From the NCBI GenBank assembly GCA_963709405.1, contig CAVPXM010000063.1, forward strand, positions 64,001-128,000: a stretch of DNA of 64,000 nt, written 5' to 3'. This document shows, one piece after another, positions 11,457 to 21,421 of this stretch. A program made the position numbers and the translations under genes. The first letter of the stretch is position 1. Each line of letters opens with the position of its first letter. Source of the DNA: an uncultured Nitrososphaerales archaeon (GTDB lineage: Archaea; Thermoproteota; Nitrososphaeria; Nitrososphaerales; Nitrososphaeraceae). The notes below the pieces were generated by a model. That model did no database searches, was not told the origin of the DNA, and worked only from the letters and a program-made list of their open reading frames with translations.

Positions 11457-12059
11457 TCATTTCAATTTCTCAAGAATTGATAGACTTATCAAATTACTTA
11501 ACGCGATGCCCCTTCTAACCACATCTCTCCTAGTACGTTCACAGTATTTTTGATCGCTCTGATGGGTTTTGTCACCGTCAACTTCGAGAACGAGGACATT
11601 TTTGGAATACGGAAATGCAAACTTGATGTGCCTTGAATTGAGTAGTTGAATATTTGCTAAACTAGCCTTGCTTACCCTATCGCGTCTGGCAATAATGTTA
11701 GCAATATCACTCATTTCATTAGCACCATACGAATATTTCATAAAATAAATCGAAATATAATTAAGCTTCTCATAAGTCTTCTCAAATATCGAGTTACTTA
11801 TATTGAATACAAAAGTCAACTTGCTATTAATTCCTTCCTTTATCTTTTCGCGGATGGATGAAGGATTTACAAACGAGGCCAATATATAGTGATTAGCTTC
11901 ATTTGGAAAATAGGGCAAAATTTCCTCCGAAAAAGTAGCTGTAACAAAGTACATATTGATTACGTCGTCACTTTTCTTCCAACAATTTATTAGCTCGTCG
12001 TAGTGGCTCTCATGCGGTGAACAAACGTACCCGTAAGATGATGTCCCGGAATATTCCAA
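11457..12059 (-). CDS. Hypothetical protein
   Basis: 200-aa ORF co-oriented with its neighbours; no motif recognised. Confidence 0.65.
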   Translation of the reverse strand: MEYSGTSSYGYVCSPHESHYDELINCWKKSDDVINMYFVTATFSEEILPYFPNEANHYILASFVNPSSIREKIKEGINSKLTFVFNISNSIFEKTYEKLNYISIYFMKYSYGANEMSDIANIIARRDRVSKASLANIQLLNSRHIKFAFPYSKNVLVLEVDGDKTHQSDQKYCERTRRDVVRRGIALSNLISLSILEKLK

Positions 12060-12119
12060 ACCACAACTGGTACTACACGTATATATTAATACCTAACTAG
12101 CCATTAAAACAGAATATTA

Positions 12120-13049
12120 TTACGTATTATTCTCTATGTCCTGTCTCGAGATAAATTCATCATAGTCTATGGATTTAGTGGTCTTTGAAGTATTCCATTT
12201 TGCGTTGTCCGTTCCACCTATTTTTCTAGAGAAGTACGGAACTAACATTAAAGAAGTGGCCGCTGCAGCGGCCTCCAAGGGTTTGGTACATATTGAACTG
12301 AGTACGCTCCCAAGCAATGATCTTAATGATGCGTGTAAGTTAAGTTCGTTTTGTAGCGTTTTCACTTGTTTATGGCCATTCTGAGCTCTTATCACCTGTG
12401 ACGAGAATTCAGATAGATTTGTAGGAGGCTTAAAGTAGACCAAGGCTCTGTCATTATAAATAACGTCGAAGCGGCTTTTCAGGACCAAACACTGAAGATA
12501 AAGATCTACTGCTATAATTTCTTGTGGAATTTGAATGCTTTTTGCGAGATCGGAACAAATACACAATGCTCTCCCCATGACTGTATATTTGGACAGTTCC
12601 CTCTTTCTCAGCGAGCGAAGCCATTCCATAATAAAGGAACAAGCTTTTCCAGTGATACCTGTTGTTTCTATTGGACTTTGATTCGTTGCGCACAGTCCTA
12701 CCCGTTCCTTTTTGGCCAATGAACCCACCAATTCTGCAATACAATCTCTTTCAACGACAACATCTGCATCAAATAATATTATTATTTTCTCCATTGCTTC
12801 CTTGAATATCTCATTCCACGCAGCCGCTGTTCCCCTTCTGATATCATGATGATGAAGTTTGACATTTAGCGATGGATTCCGTTCTTTGAAGTTCTGAATT
12901 AATTGAGGTGTAGAATCCGTAGAGTCATCAGATATAATTACTTCTTTGATGAGGATCTTATCAATATTGGATGAAAAAATGGATTTCAAGAGATTAGTTA
13001 TATTCCCTTCTTCATTGTATGAGGGGATTCCTATCGTCACTTCATTCAT
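12120..13049 (-). CDS. Glycosyltransferase family 2
   Basis: IGIPSYNEE, DDSTDST, FDAD (DxD) and QVIR; start MNEVTIG at 13049 avoids overlap with hemB. Confidence 0.9.
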   Translation of the reverse strand: MNEVTIGIPSYNEEGNITNLLKSIFSSNIDKILIKEVIISDDSTDSTPQLIQNFKERNPSLNVKLHHHDIRRGTAAAWNEIFKEAMEKIIILFDADVVVERDCIAELVGSLAKKERVGLCATNQSPIETTGITGKACSFIMEWLRSLRKRELSKYTVMGRALCICSDLAKSIQIPQEIIAVDLYLQCLVLKSRFDVIYNDRALVYFKPPTNLSEFSSQVIRAQNGHKQVKTLQNELNLHASLRSLLGSVLSSICTKPLEAAAAATSLMLVPYFSRKIGGTDNAKWNTSKTTKSIDYDEFISRQDIENNT

Positions 13050-13115
13050 TTTTATACTAGTACTGATAGAAAAATGGTTTTTAAGGGTTAGCAACCGAAT
13101 ATTGATATTGGCCGG

Positions 13116-14114
13116 ATGAGCAGAGTTCGAAGAGTGAGACAGCGTAGAATTCAAAAGAATAGATCATTGATCTTGAAAATGCTTATGGAAATAGGCCTTA
13201 GAAGGGAACAGCTCATAATGCCCCTCATCATCTATGAGAATAGAAAAATAAATAAAGATGACATAATACCTGGTGCGGTCTACGATTGTGAAACTGACAT
13301 TGTATACTCCGTTCGAAAAGGTCTCGAAGTAGGTATAAACTCATTCATTTTATTTGGAGTTCCAGATAGGCGGGATTCGAGAGGAACAGGGGCGTCTGAT
13401 AGTCACGGCATTGTTCAACGATCGGTAAGAAAGATTAAGAAAGAATTTGGAGATCAAGTAGAGATAATCACTGATGTTTGCGTCTGTCAATACAACCTAA
13501 GCGGTCACTGTGGATTAACAGAGTATCATAATAACATTGTTGATAATGACACAACATTAGATCTACTTTGTGAGATCGCCCTGAGTCATGCGGAGTCTGG
13601 TGCGGACATGGTCTCACCTTCATCGATGATGGACGGTCAAGTTTATCGTATCCGTTCGTCATTGAATGAAAAAGGTTTCAAGAATGTCAAGATAATGTCA
13701 TTTTCTGCAAAACACTCTTCAAATTTATATGCACCATTTAGGACGATGGCTTTTACCAGCAATCTTCAAACCAGACCTTATCTCGATAAATCCACTTATC
13801 AGCTTTCCTTTTCCAATCAGCGTGAAGCTTTAAGAGAAATCGAAGCTGATATTAATGAGGGGGCAGATATCGTTATGGTAAAGCCTAGTCTAGCATATCT
13901 GGACCTACTACCGATGATCAGAGATAACATTGGTGATTTCCCTCTTGCTGTTCAAGTTGTTTCTGGAGAATTTGCAATGATCAGGGCAGCTTCATTACAC
14001 AAATGGATAGATGAGTCAGAATGGACTGTTTACTCGATCGCTTCAACTAGGAGAGCCGGCGCGGATAGGATTATCACGTACTCTTCCATAGATATTGCAG
14101 AATACCTGAAGTAA
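13116..14114 (+). CDS. hemB: Porphobilinogen synthase (Zn-dependent)
   Basis: DVCVCQYNLSGHCG zinc site, SMMDG, SAK...YAPFR, MVKP, SGEF. Confidence 0.95.
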   Translation: MSRVRRVRQRRIQKNRSLILKMLMEIGLRREQLIMPLIIYENRKINKDDIIPGAVYDCETDIVYSVRKGLEVGINSFILFGVPDRRDSRGTGASDSHGIVQRSVRKIKKEFGDQVEIITDVCVCQYNLSGHCGLTEYHNNIVDNDTTLDLLCEIALSHAESGADMVSPSSMMDGQVYRIRSSLNEKGFKNVKIMSFSAKHSSNLYAPFRTMAFTSNLQTRPYLDKSTYQLSFSNQREALREIEADINEGADIVMVKPSLAYLDLLPMIRDNIGDFPLAVQVVSGEFAMIRAASLHKWIDESEWTVYSIASTRRAGADRIITYSSIDIAEYLK

Positions 14115-14437
14115 GATAGGTGTTGTGCGAAGTGATTGTCTCCGTCATGTTTGATTTTCAGATTCCTTATCAATAAAGTAATTTACCACATAGTAAAGCA
14201 ACACACAAGCGGGCCCGATAGTCCTATGTCATCTTCAACAGATTAGAGTTTCTGGTGGAGTCACTCGTACTTGTACTGCACTTAACCAGCATACCAATGT
14301 ATATTACCAACCTTCACTTGTCAACTGGACCAAATATAGAATTAGGCCCATAAATCTACTGTTATACACAAGGATTTTGGCTATTTATCCACAATCGAGT
14401 CACAATTATATACCATTCAAGTAGATCACGAAAATAT

Positions 14438-14609
14438 CCCGCGGTAGCTCAGCCTGGTAGAGCTTTCGGCTGTAGAAGTTGGCTTATAAATAGATATCAA
14501 GCTGACCGCGTAAACAGCCTATCGGGCATACACTGTGCAGTTACCGAAGAGTCGCAGGCTCAAACAAGGCTAGCAAAATCTTGCTTTGGGGCAAATCCTG
14601 CCCGCGGGA
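14438..14609 (+). tRNA. trnY: tRNA-Tyr(GTA) with introns at 37/38 (14476-14542, probably compound) and 58/59 (14564-14594)
   Basis: CCCGCGG/CCGCGGG acceptor with C1-G72, TTCGG/CCGAA anticodon stem, GTA at 14472-14474, GCAGG/CCTGC T-stem. Removing both inserts gives a normal cloverleaf. Confidence 0.92.
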
Positions 14610-14846
14610 TATATTCTTGTTATCACACATACATTCTATGCTAACGAGTTATCCTATACTACAAAACCAACCATGATTACGTTTCGTTTGATCCTCCTAG
14701 GATTATCGCATTCCATCCTACGATGCAAAGTCGTTCTGAGTACAGATATTTATCAGCATAAGAATATCTTTCATTACAAAACAGACGCCTCACGATGAAA
14801 TCATTAAGAAGAGTACCTATGTGTATAATGAAGAAATGAGGATGGT

Positions 14847-15224
14847 TTAACTAGTTCTCGTTCGACTAGCTACCCATTTTCCTTCCTTTGAATTTGATTC
14901 CTGTAATTTCTGAAATTTTATCCTTAGGCGCTTAATGGTACCCGAGATGCATAATACTAGGGCTGGGGGGTCCATAAGTGGGATTGTCGAGAGTACAGTT
15001 TCTAAGAAGATTAGGTTACATCTGATTATATATACAGCATTGTCGTTATGACCGATATCCCTAACTGAAGACTTGTGAGCAACAATGAATCCATAAAGCT
15101 CCGCGATTCTCTGCGTTAATTCGAAGGCAAAGCCAGAATTGTGAAATCTATTCCCTGCAGCATCAGAAGTGAATCTGTCACATCTAACGGCGATGTATCT
15201 TCGCTTATGTCTCCTCTTCAACAA
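14847..15224 (-). CDS. rnp2: RNase P protein Pop5/Rpp14
   Basis: KRRHKRRYIAV...ELYG...IIRC...CISGTIKRLR pattern, adjacent to Rpp30. The longer ORF-track start (15452) overlaps Rpp30. Confidence 0.75.
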   Translation of the reverse strand: MLKRRHKRRYIAVRCDRFTSDAAGNRFHNSGFAFELTQRIAELYGFIVAHKSSVRDIGHNDNAVYIIRCNLIFLETVLSTIPLMDPPALVLCISGTIKRLRIKFQKLQESNSKEGKWVASRTRTS

Positions 15225-15702
15225 GATTAGTACACCGCTTAAGTAATCTGCTTTGTAGCCAGTTATTAAGGTCGTTCCAATAAGACAAAGGATCGATGTC
15301 ACATGTCCTAAGTAGTGCATCGAAGCTACGCCCAGAAACCATCTCGCAGATCGAAGATGCTCCACTGGATAGTATAAATTGGAATCCAGCATGTTTGCAG
15401 TAGGCGTAGAGAGATGAAATGTCAGCGATCCATTTGCCGAGCAGTTTTCCATCGGCTTGTCGTAGGTCTGATACAGTTACCTCCAGCCCAATGCCATGAC
15501 GCAACTTCCTTATGTCATCTAATCTAAGGTTGATATCCGTTAAACGAATGATATCAATATTGGGGATCGAGGATAAATCATTGATACATTTTGTCGTAAT
15601 AAGAAAAGGAGATTTAGGAACTGACGTTCCACTAGATCTGTATATTAAACTTGCTTTGATCTTTGTAAAATAATCATCAGTACCAAAGAGTGCAATGCCC
15701 AT
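15205..15702 (-). CDS. rnp3: RNase P protein Rpp30-like (short form; true start may lie upstream)
   Basis: GIGLEVTVSDL...FILSSGASSICEM pattern, in conserved synteny with Pop5 and the DUF54 protein. Confidence 0.7.
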   Translation of the reverse strand: MGIALFGTDDYFTKIKASLIYRSSGTSVPKSPFLITTKCINDLSSIPNIDIIRLTDINLRLDDIRKLRHGIGLEVTVSDLRQADGKLLGKWIADISSLYAYCKHAGFQFILSSGASSICEMVSGRSFDALLRTCDIDPLSYWNDLNNWLQSRLLKRCTNLVEEET

Positions 15703-15755
15703 AGATTGAGGGATGTCGCTCAGTTCATCAGCCTTGGAAAATCGAACGTATAAAT

Positions 15756-16217
15756 CTATTCGCCTAACGATAGAATCACCTTGTAGTCTGGTATGTGCGC
15801 TAGTTTCCTATAGGTTTTTACCGGCTTAAACTTTATCCTTACGGCATCAAATTCGCTAAGTTTTATTTTACCTCTACACATGGCTTGCTTATCGATTCTG
15901 ATGTACATATTTCCTTTTTCATCGACTAGGCTATGAAGTGTATTTTTCAATTGAACTTTGTCAACAGAATTCAATGCTAAAGAAATACTCAATGCCGTTG
16001 TCCTTGCCTCTTTTCCATCCAGAAGTGCAAATAAGTATGTTATAGGATTTCCCCAATGACCTTCTAATCTTTTGAAGAAAAACTTGTCTTCAGATATTGA
16101 AAATAGTTTTGCAGCTGACTTGAGGACACTATTTTCATCTTCAGTGGCATGCAAAACACAGCTTATCTCAGCCCCTGAAAACTGTTCAGATCCATTCACT
16201 TCATATTTGCTGGACAT
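15756..16217 (-). CDS. RNA-binding domain protein (DUF54/COG1325)
   Basis: HATED, GHWGNPI and YIRIDKQ motifs. Confidence 0.85.
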   Translation of the reverse strand: MSSKYEVNGSEQFSGAEISCVLHATEDENSVLKSAAKLFSISEDKFFFKRLEGHWGNPITYLFALLDGKEARTTALSISLALNSVDKVQLKNTLHSLVDEKGNMYIRIDKQAMCRGKIKLSEFDAVRIKFKPVKTYRKLAHIPDYKVILSLGE

Positions 16218-16259
16218 CGAGGCCGTATGATTTCATTGAAGGGAATAACTATAAAGATT

Positions 16260-16949
16260 CTATGCTGCTGCCTCAGCAGTCTGTTCACTGTCCTCAGGCA
16301 TTACCTGAATTTCTTTAGCCTCTTCAATTGCCCTTGATTGAGGTGTGGAGATCAACTTGGTTTTCTTAATTCCTATATGACGAAGTGACGCGATCTTCTT
16401 CGCCTCAGCCAGGAGATCGGCACCCATTTTTCCAAGGGTCACCTCCTGGACAAATTGATCTACCGTTAGTTTTGCGATATTAGCAGTCAACTGACTATGT
16501 GCTACCATGCGAATTTGATGCTTCTTGGAAGAGTTCAATCTTCTCTGAGTAAATGCTACTACTTCAACTCTAAAGGTGTAACCGTCTGTAGTCATGTAAT
16601 CGTGTATAAAACTTATCATAGAACTGCCTCTTCTTATTAGGCTTCTCAAGAACTCTTTTGCATACTCATGACCTTTGAAAACCGTGGTGGCTGAACCCTC
16701 AGCAATCTTCTCAATTTTAACGAAAACTTTTGTTTGATGTTGTGTTGGATCTTGTTTTAAGATGTCAAACATGGTATTTTCGAGTACTCGACCCTTCGCA
16801 CCATTCTGATCAGTAATCGGAACGTAATTTAGCGCACCGCCACCAAAAGCAGAAGGCGAATTAACGATTATCCATTGTTTGTCACGCCATTTATCTCTAA
16901 CTCGACCTCCCCTTTTACCTCCCTTTACCATCAAATCTACATTTTGCAT
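16260..16949 (-). CDS. rps3ae: 30S ribosomal protein S3Ae (eS1)
   Basis: RVRDKWRDKQW, GRVLE, FKGHEYAKEFLRSLIRRGSS, TTDGY. Confidence 0.95.
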   Translation of the reverse strand: MQNVDLMVKGGKRGGRVRDKWRDKQWIIVNSPSAFGGGALNYVPITDQNGAKGRVLENTMFDILKQDPTQHQTKVFVKIEKIAEGSATTVFKGHEYAKEFLRSLIRRGSSMISFIHDYMTTDGYTFRVEVVAFTQRRLNSSKKHQIRMVAHSQLTANIAKLTVDQFVQEVTLGKMGADLLAEAKKIASLRHIGIKKTKLISTPQSRAIEEAKEIQVMPEDSEQTAEAAA

Positions 16950-17639
16950 CCAAAATATAAGTTGTTGGAAAAGTGTCGCGAAAGCCTGAGAAGCATCATT
17001 AACTAGACGAGAACTGAACTTTGATGAGTAGCTGGGGGTAACCAGCCCTCTCTAGTCTAAGACCGTTCTTGAATCCTTTATCTTCCTTTAGTTTCTTCAA
17101 TGACTAGGCCCTTTAGTAGATTCATTGTATGTATTGCATAAGTCCCCTTGTGGTTCTCTATATAACAACTGCGATGGACAGAACTTTTCGCTCAACTTTT
17201 CATGGTAATTCCAGAATATACTAAACTATTTTCTCTTATTTCAATTCATATTATTCATTTTCGTCCTTGTTGGGTAGTCGAATACAGGGTTCTAGTACAT
17301 TTCACATTCACCAATAACATTCGTAAGGTATTTTTGTACCACTGAAATTGTGTCTTAATGAATCGAGTAAGGTTTATCAGCACATAAACCAGGAGAAAAA
17401 TCGTTACCTAAGGGCTTCCATTTGCCAACACTAAAAATCAGGCAACAGGACGTCTTCACTTTAATCCCTAACAGCAGTCTATCTAGGGAGCTAGCAGTAA
17501 AGATACAATATTGCATGACGCTCTCGCCAATCATCCTGACAATAAATTAATTCTTGAATTAGCTACTGATTTAACAAAAAAGGAGAGATTGGACGGGTTT
17601 GATGTCCGCTTAATTCTGTGCGCCGGTCTCAGTTTTTCA

Positions 17640-20600
17640 TTAAGCACAACCTACTGCGGCTGCTGCAGCTGCTGCAGCTGCCGGCGAAGCTCCAGCTCGC
17701 TGTTGCTGCTGCTGCGGCTGCTGCAGGCTGTACCAGCTGCCGATGCTCCACTAGCTGCTGCGCTTGAGGCTGCTGACGCTGCGGCTGCTGCGAGCTGCTG
17801 GCGAAGCGCCTGCTACTGTAGTGGCTGCTGCGGCTGCCGCTGCGGCTGCTGCGGCTGTACCAGCTGCCGAGGCTCCACTAGCTGCTGCGCTTGAAGCGGC
17901 TCCTGCTGCTGCTGCTGGCTGGCTGCCTGGCGATCCTCCTGCTGCTGCTGCTGCGGGCTGCTGCCGGCTGCTGCAGCGGATGCCGTTGGTGAACCTCCAG
18001 CAGATGAAGCTGCCTGCTGCGGCTGCAGATGCCACGCCACCTATAGATGCTCCGGCTGCGACTGCGGATGAGGCTGCACTCGCCGCTGCCAATGCCGCTG
18101 ATGCACTACCACCTGCTGAAGATGCGGCTGCTGCGGCGGATGCTGCTGGTGGTACCACCAGCTGGCTGCGGCTGCTGCGGCTGCTGCTGCTGGCCGGCGA
18201 TGCTCCTGCTGCTGCTGCTGCTGCTGCGGCTGCTGAGGCAACTCCGGTTGGTGAGGCTCCATTAGCTGCTGCGCTTGAAGCTGCTGCTGCGGCTGCTGCT
18301 GCGGCTGCTGATGAAGCTCCTGCTGCAGAAGCGGCTGCTGCGGACGCTGCTGCGCAGGTACCACCTGGTGAAGCTCCAGCTGCTGCGGGCTGCTGCCGGC
18401 TGCTGCTGAAGCAACTCCGGATACAGATGCTCCACTAGCTGCTGCACTTGAGGCTGCTGACGCTGCGGCTGCTGCTGCCGATGTGGATGAGCCAGCCTTT
18501 TGCGCAGCAGACGATGCGGCTGAGGATGCTGCTGTGGCTGCTGCTGAAGAGATTGGGGATTTCAAAAGTGATGACGCTGGCGGCTGCTGCTGTTGCCGCT
18601 GTCGAAATTGAGGAGGATATAGTGGATGCGGCTGCCGATGAGGCTCCAGCTGCAGTTGCTGCTGCTGCGGCTGCTGTGGCAACTCCTGAGGCTGAGGCTC
18701 CACGAGCTGCTGCACTTGCTGCTGCTGCGGCTGCTGCGGCTCCGGCTCCTGGTGAAGCTCCAGCTGCACTTGCTGCTGCTGTCGGCTGCTGCGGCTGCTG
18801 CTCCACCAGGTGAAGCTCCTGCTGCTGCTGCGGCTGCTGCGACTGCTGCTGGCTGTTCCAGCTGCCGATGCTCCACTAGCTGCTGCGCTCGAAGCGGCTG
18901 ACGGCAGCTGCTGCGGCTGCCGCAGATGAAGATCCAGCTGAAGATGCGGCTGCTGCGGCTGCTGCAGAGGTGGCTCCACCTGCTGCGGCTGCTGCGGCTG
19001 CTGCGGCTGCTGCAGGTGAGGCTCCAGCTGCTGTTGCTGCTGAGGCTGCTGGAGATGCTGCACTTGCTGCTGAGGCTCCACTAGCTGCTGCACTTGCTGC
19101 TGCTGCGGCTGCTGCGGCTCCGGCTGCTGGTGAAGCTCCAGCTGGCACTTGCTGCTGCTGCGGCTGCTGGCGGCTGCTGCTCCACCAGGTGAAGCTCCGG
19201 CTGCTGTTGCGGCTGCTGCGGCTGCTGCGGCTGTTCCAGCTGCCGATGCTCCACTAGCTGCTCGCGCTCGAAGCAGCTGCTGAAGCTGGCCTGCGCTGGC
19301 TGCTGCTGAAGATCCAGCTGAAGATGCGGCTGCTGCGGCTGCTGCAGAGGTGGCTCCACCTGCTGCGGCTGCTGCCGGCTGCTGCGGCTGCTGCAGGTGA
19401 GGCTCCAGCTGCTGCTGCTGCTGAGGCTGCTGCAGATGCTGCACTTGCGGCTGAGGCTCCACTCAGCTGCTGCAGCTTGCTGCTGCTGCGGCTGCTGCGG
19501 CTCCGGCTGCTGGTGAAGCTCCAGCTGCACTTGCTGCTGCTGCGGCTGCTGCCGGCTGCTGCTCCACCAGGCGAAGCTCCAGCTGCAGTTGCGGCTGCCT
19601 GCTGGCTGCTGCGGCTGTTCCAGCTCGCCGATGCTCCACTAGCTGCTGCACTGCTGCGAGCTAGCTGCTGAAGCTGCTGCTGCGGCTGCTGCTGAAGATC
19701 CAGCTGAAGATGCGGCTGCTGCGGCTGCTGCAGAGGTGGCTCCACCTGCTGCGGCTGCTGCCGGCTGGCTGCGGCTGCTGCTGGTGAAGCTCCAGCTGCC
19801 TGCTGCTGCTGAGGCTGCTGGCAGATGCTGCACTTGCGGCTGAGGCTCCACTAGCTGCTGCACTTGCTGCTGCTGCGGCTGCTGCGGCTCCGGCTGCTGG
19901 TGAAGCTCCAGCTGCACTTGCTGCTGCTGCCGGCTGCTGCGGCTGCTGCTCCACCAGGTGAAGCTCCAGCTGCGGTTGCGCGCTGCTGCGGCTGCTGCGG
20001 CTGTTCCAGCTGCCGATGCTCCACTAGCTGCTGCGCTTCAAGCTAGCTGCTGGAAGCTGCTGCTGCGGCTGCTGCTGAAGATCCAGCTGAAGATGCGGCA
20101 GCTGCCGGCTGCTGCAGAGGTGGCTCCACCTGCTGCGGCTGCTGCGGCTGCTGCTGGCTGCTGCAGGTGAGGCTCCAGCTGCTGTTGCTGGCTGAGGCTG
20201 CTGCTGCGGCTGCTGCTGCGGCTCCATTATCAGCTGCGCTTGAAGCGGCTGCTGCGCGCTGCTGCTGCTGGCTGCGGTGAAGCTCCAGCTGCGGTGGCGG
20301 CAGTTGCGGCTGCTGCGGCTGCTGCTGCACTTGGAGTTGCACCCGAAGCAACTAGTGATGAGGCTGCCGATGCGCCTGCACTTGCTGGTAACAACCCTTG
20401 GCTAGTTGCTGTTTGTGCCGCTGAGGTTGCATTAGAAAGTTGTGCTGGGTCTAATTTCTGAGTTGATAAGGCACTCTGTAAGGTTGATTGGAACTTTTCA
20501 GTTGATATGTTTTTGGCTGGCTAAAGTTTGCCCTGGTGGTGCAAAGCCAGGTGCTGTTGCATTTTGTTCCGATGAGAGGGCGGCGGCATTTTGAATAGGT

Positions 20601-21421
20601 CCAGGTGCTGTTGCATTTTGGGGTTGAGCTCCAGTTGCATTTTCAATTGGTGCAAAGCCAGGTGCTGTTGCATTTTGGGGTTGAGCTCCAGTTGCATTTT
20701 CAATTGGTGCAAAGCCAGGTGCTGTTGCATTTTGGGGTTGAGCTCCAGTTGCATTTTCAGGAGCAGCCAATTGTTGTGGGAAGTTTGTTGCTGGTCCGGT
20801 TAGGTTTTCAGGACTGGTGGCTGCTCTGGTGCTGGTGGTTGTTCCGGAAGGGTTTCAGGCTCCGGTTGGTTTTCAGGAGCGTGTCTGCTCTAGTTGCGCT
20901 GGTGGTTGTTCTGGAAGACCAGTTGCTGGTCCGGTTAGGTTTTCAGGAGGTGTCTGCTCTGTCGCTGGTGGTTGTTCTGGAAGACCAGTTGTTGGTCCGG
21001 TTAGGTTTTCAGGAGGTGTCTGCTCTGTCGCTGGTGGTTGTTCTGGTTGGCTAGTGTTATTTTCAGTTGAGGGTTGTCCGCTATTACCAGTTGAGGGTTG
21101 TTCGTTATTTTGAGTTGAGGGTTGAGGAATGATCGTGGGCAATGATCCTGAAGGGTTGTTTTCAGTTGACGGTTGTCCGCTATTATCAGTTGAGGGTTGT
21201 CCGCTATTATCAGTTGAGGGTTGTTGTGAAGGATTATTTCCGTTCGTATTATCATTAGTCGAGGAGTCCTGAGATCCGGAACTTCCACCTGAATCTTTCT
21301 TACTCTTTGAGAAAGATACTTGATATGTACTCAGAGGAAGTATCCCTGACAGAACGACGATTGAAACTATTACGACCGCAAATAACTGCTTATTTTTGGA
21401 TCTAAATGGATCGTAAAACAC
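17640..21421 (-). CDS. Large secreted repetitive protein (~1,260 aa): signal peptide, Pro/Gln/Asn/Thr stalk and ~900 aa poly-Ala/Gly/Ser repeats; frameshifted in this assembly
   Basis: Reconstructed by hand across frames: GTG-FYDPFRSKNKQLFAVVIVSIVVLSGIL (signal), PSTDNSGQ, PEQPPATEQTPPENLTG and ENATGAQPQNATAPGF repeats, ...QLSNATSAAQTATSQGLLPASAGASAASS..., (GASP/GASA-An) arrays, ending AAAAVGCA-TAA at 17640-17642. Confidence 0.75.
17650..20340. repeat. GCA/GCC (Ala-codon) low-complexity array with a ~384-nt higher-order period
   Basis: The marker gatccagctgaagatgcggc recurs at 18931, 19311, 19697 and 20080 (spacings 380, 386, 383). Confidence 0.92.
20540..21230. repeat. Coding tandem repeats of 57 bp (19 aa), 66 bp (22 aa) and 24 bp (8 aa)
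   Basis: ggtgcaaagccaggtgctgttgc at 20649 and 20706; ggtccggttaggttttcagg at 20928 and 20994; cagttgagggttgtccgctattat-like copies across 21060-21225. Confidence 0.9.

Noticed and set aside
17511-20461. Many plus-strand poly-Ala/Leu/Cys ORFs and minus-strand poly-Gln/Pro or Ser/Arg ORFs
   Set aside because: They are shadow frames of a (GCA/GCC)n array. The unique junction at 20340-20520 and the terminus at 17640 read sensibly only in the minus-strand Ala frame.
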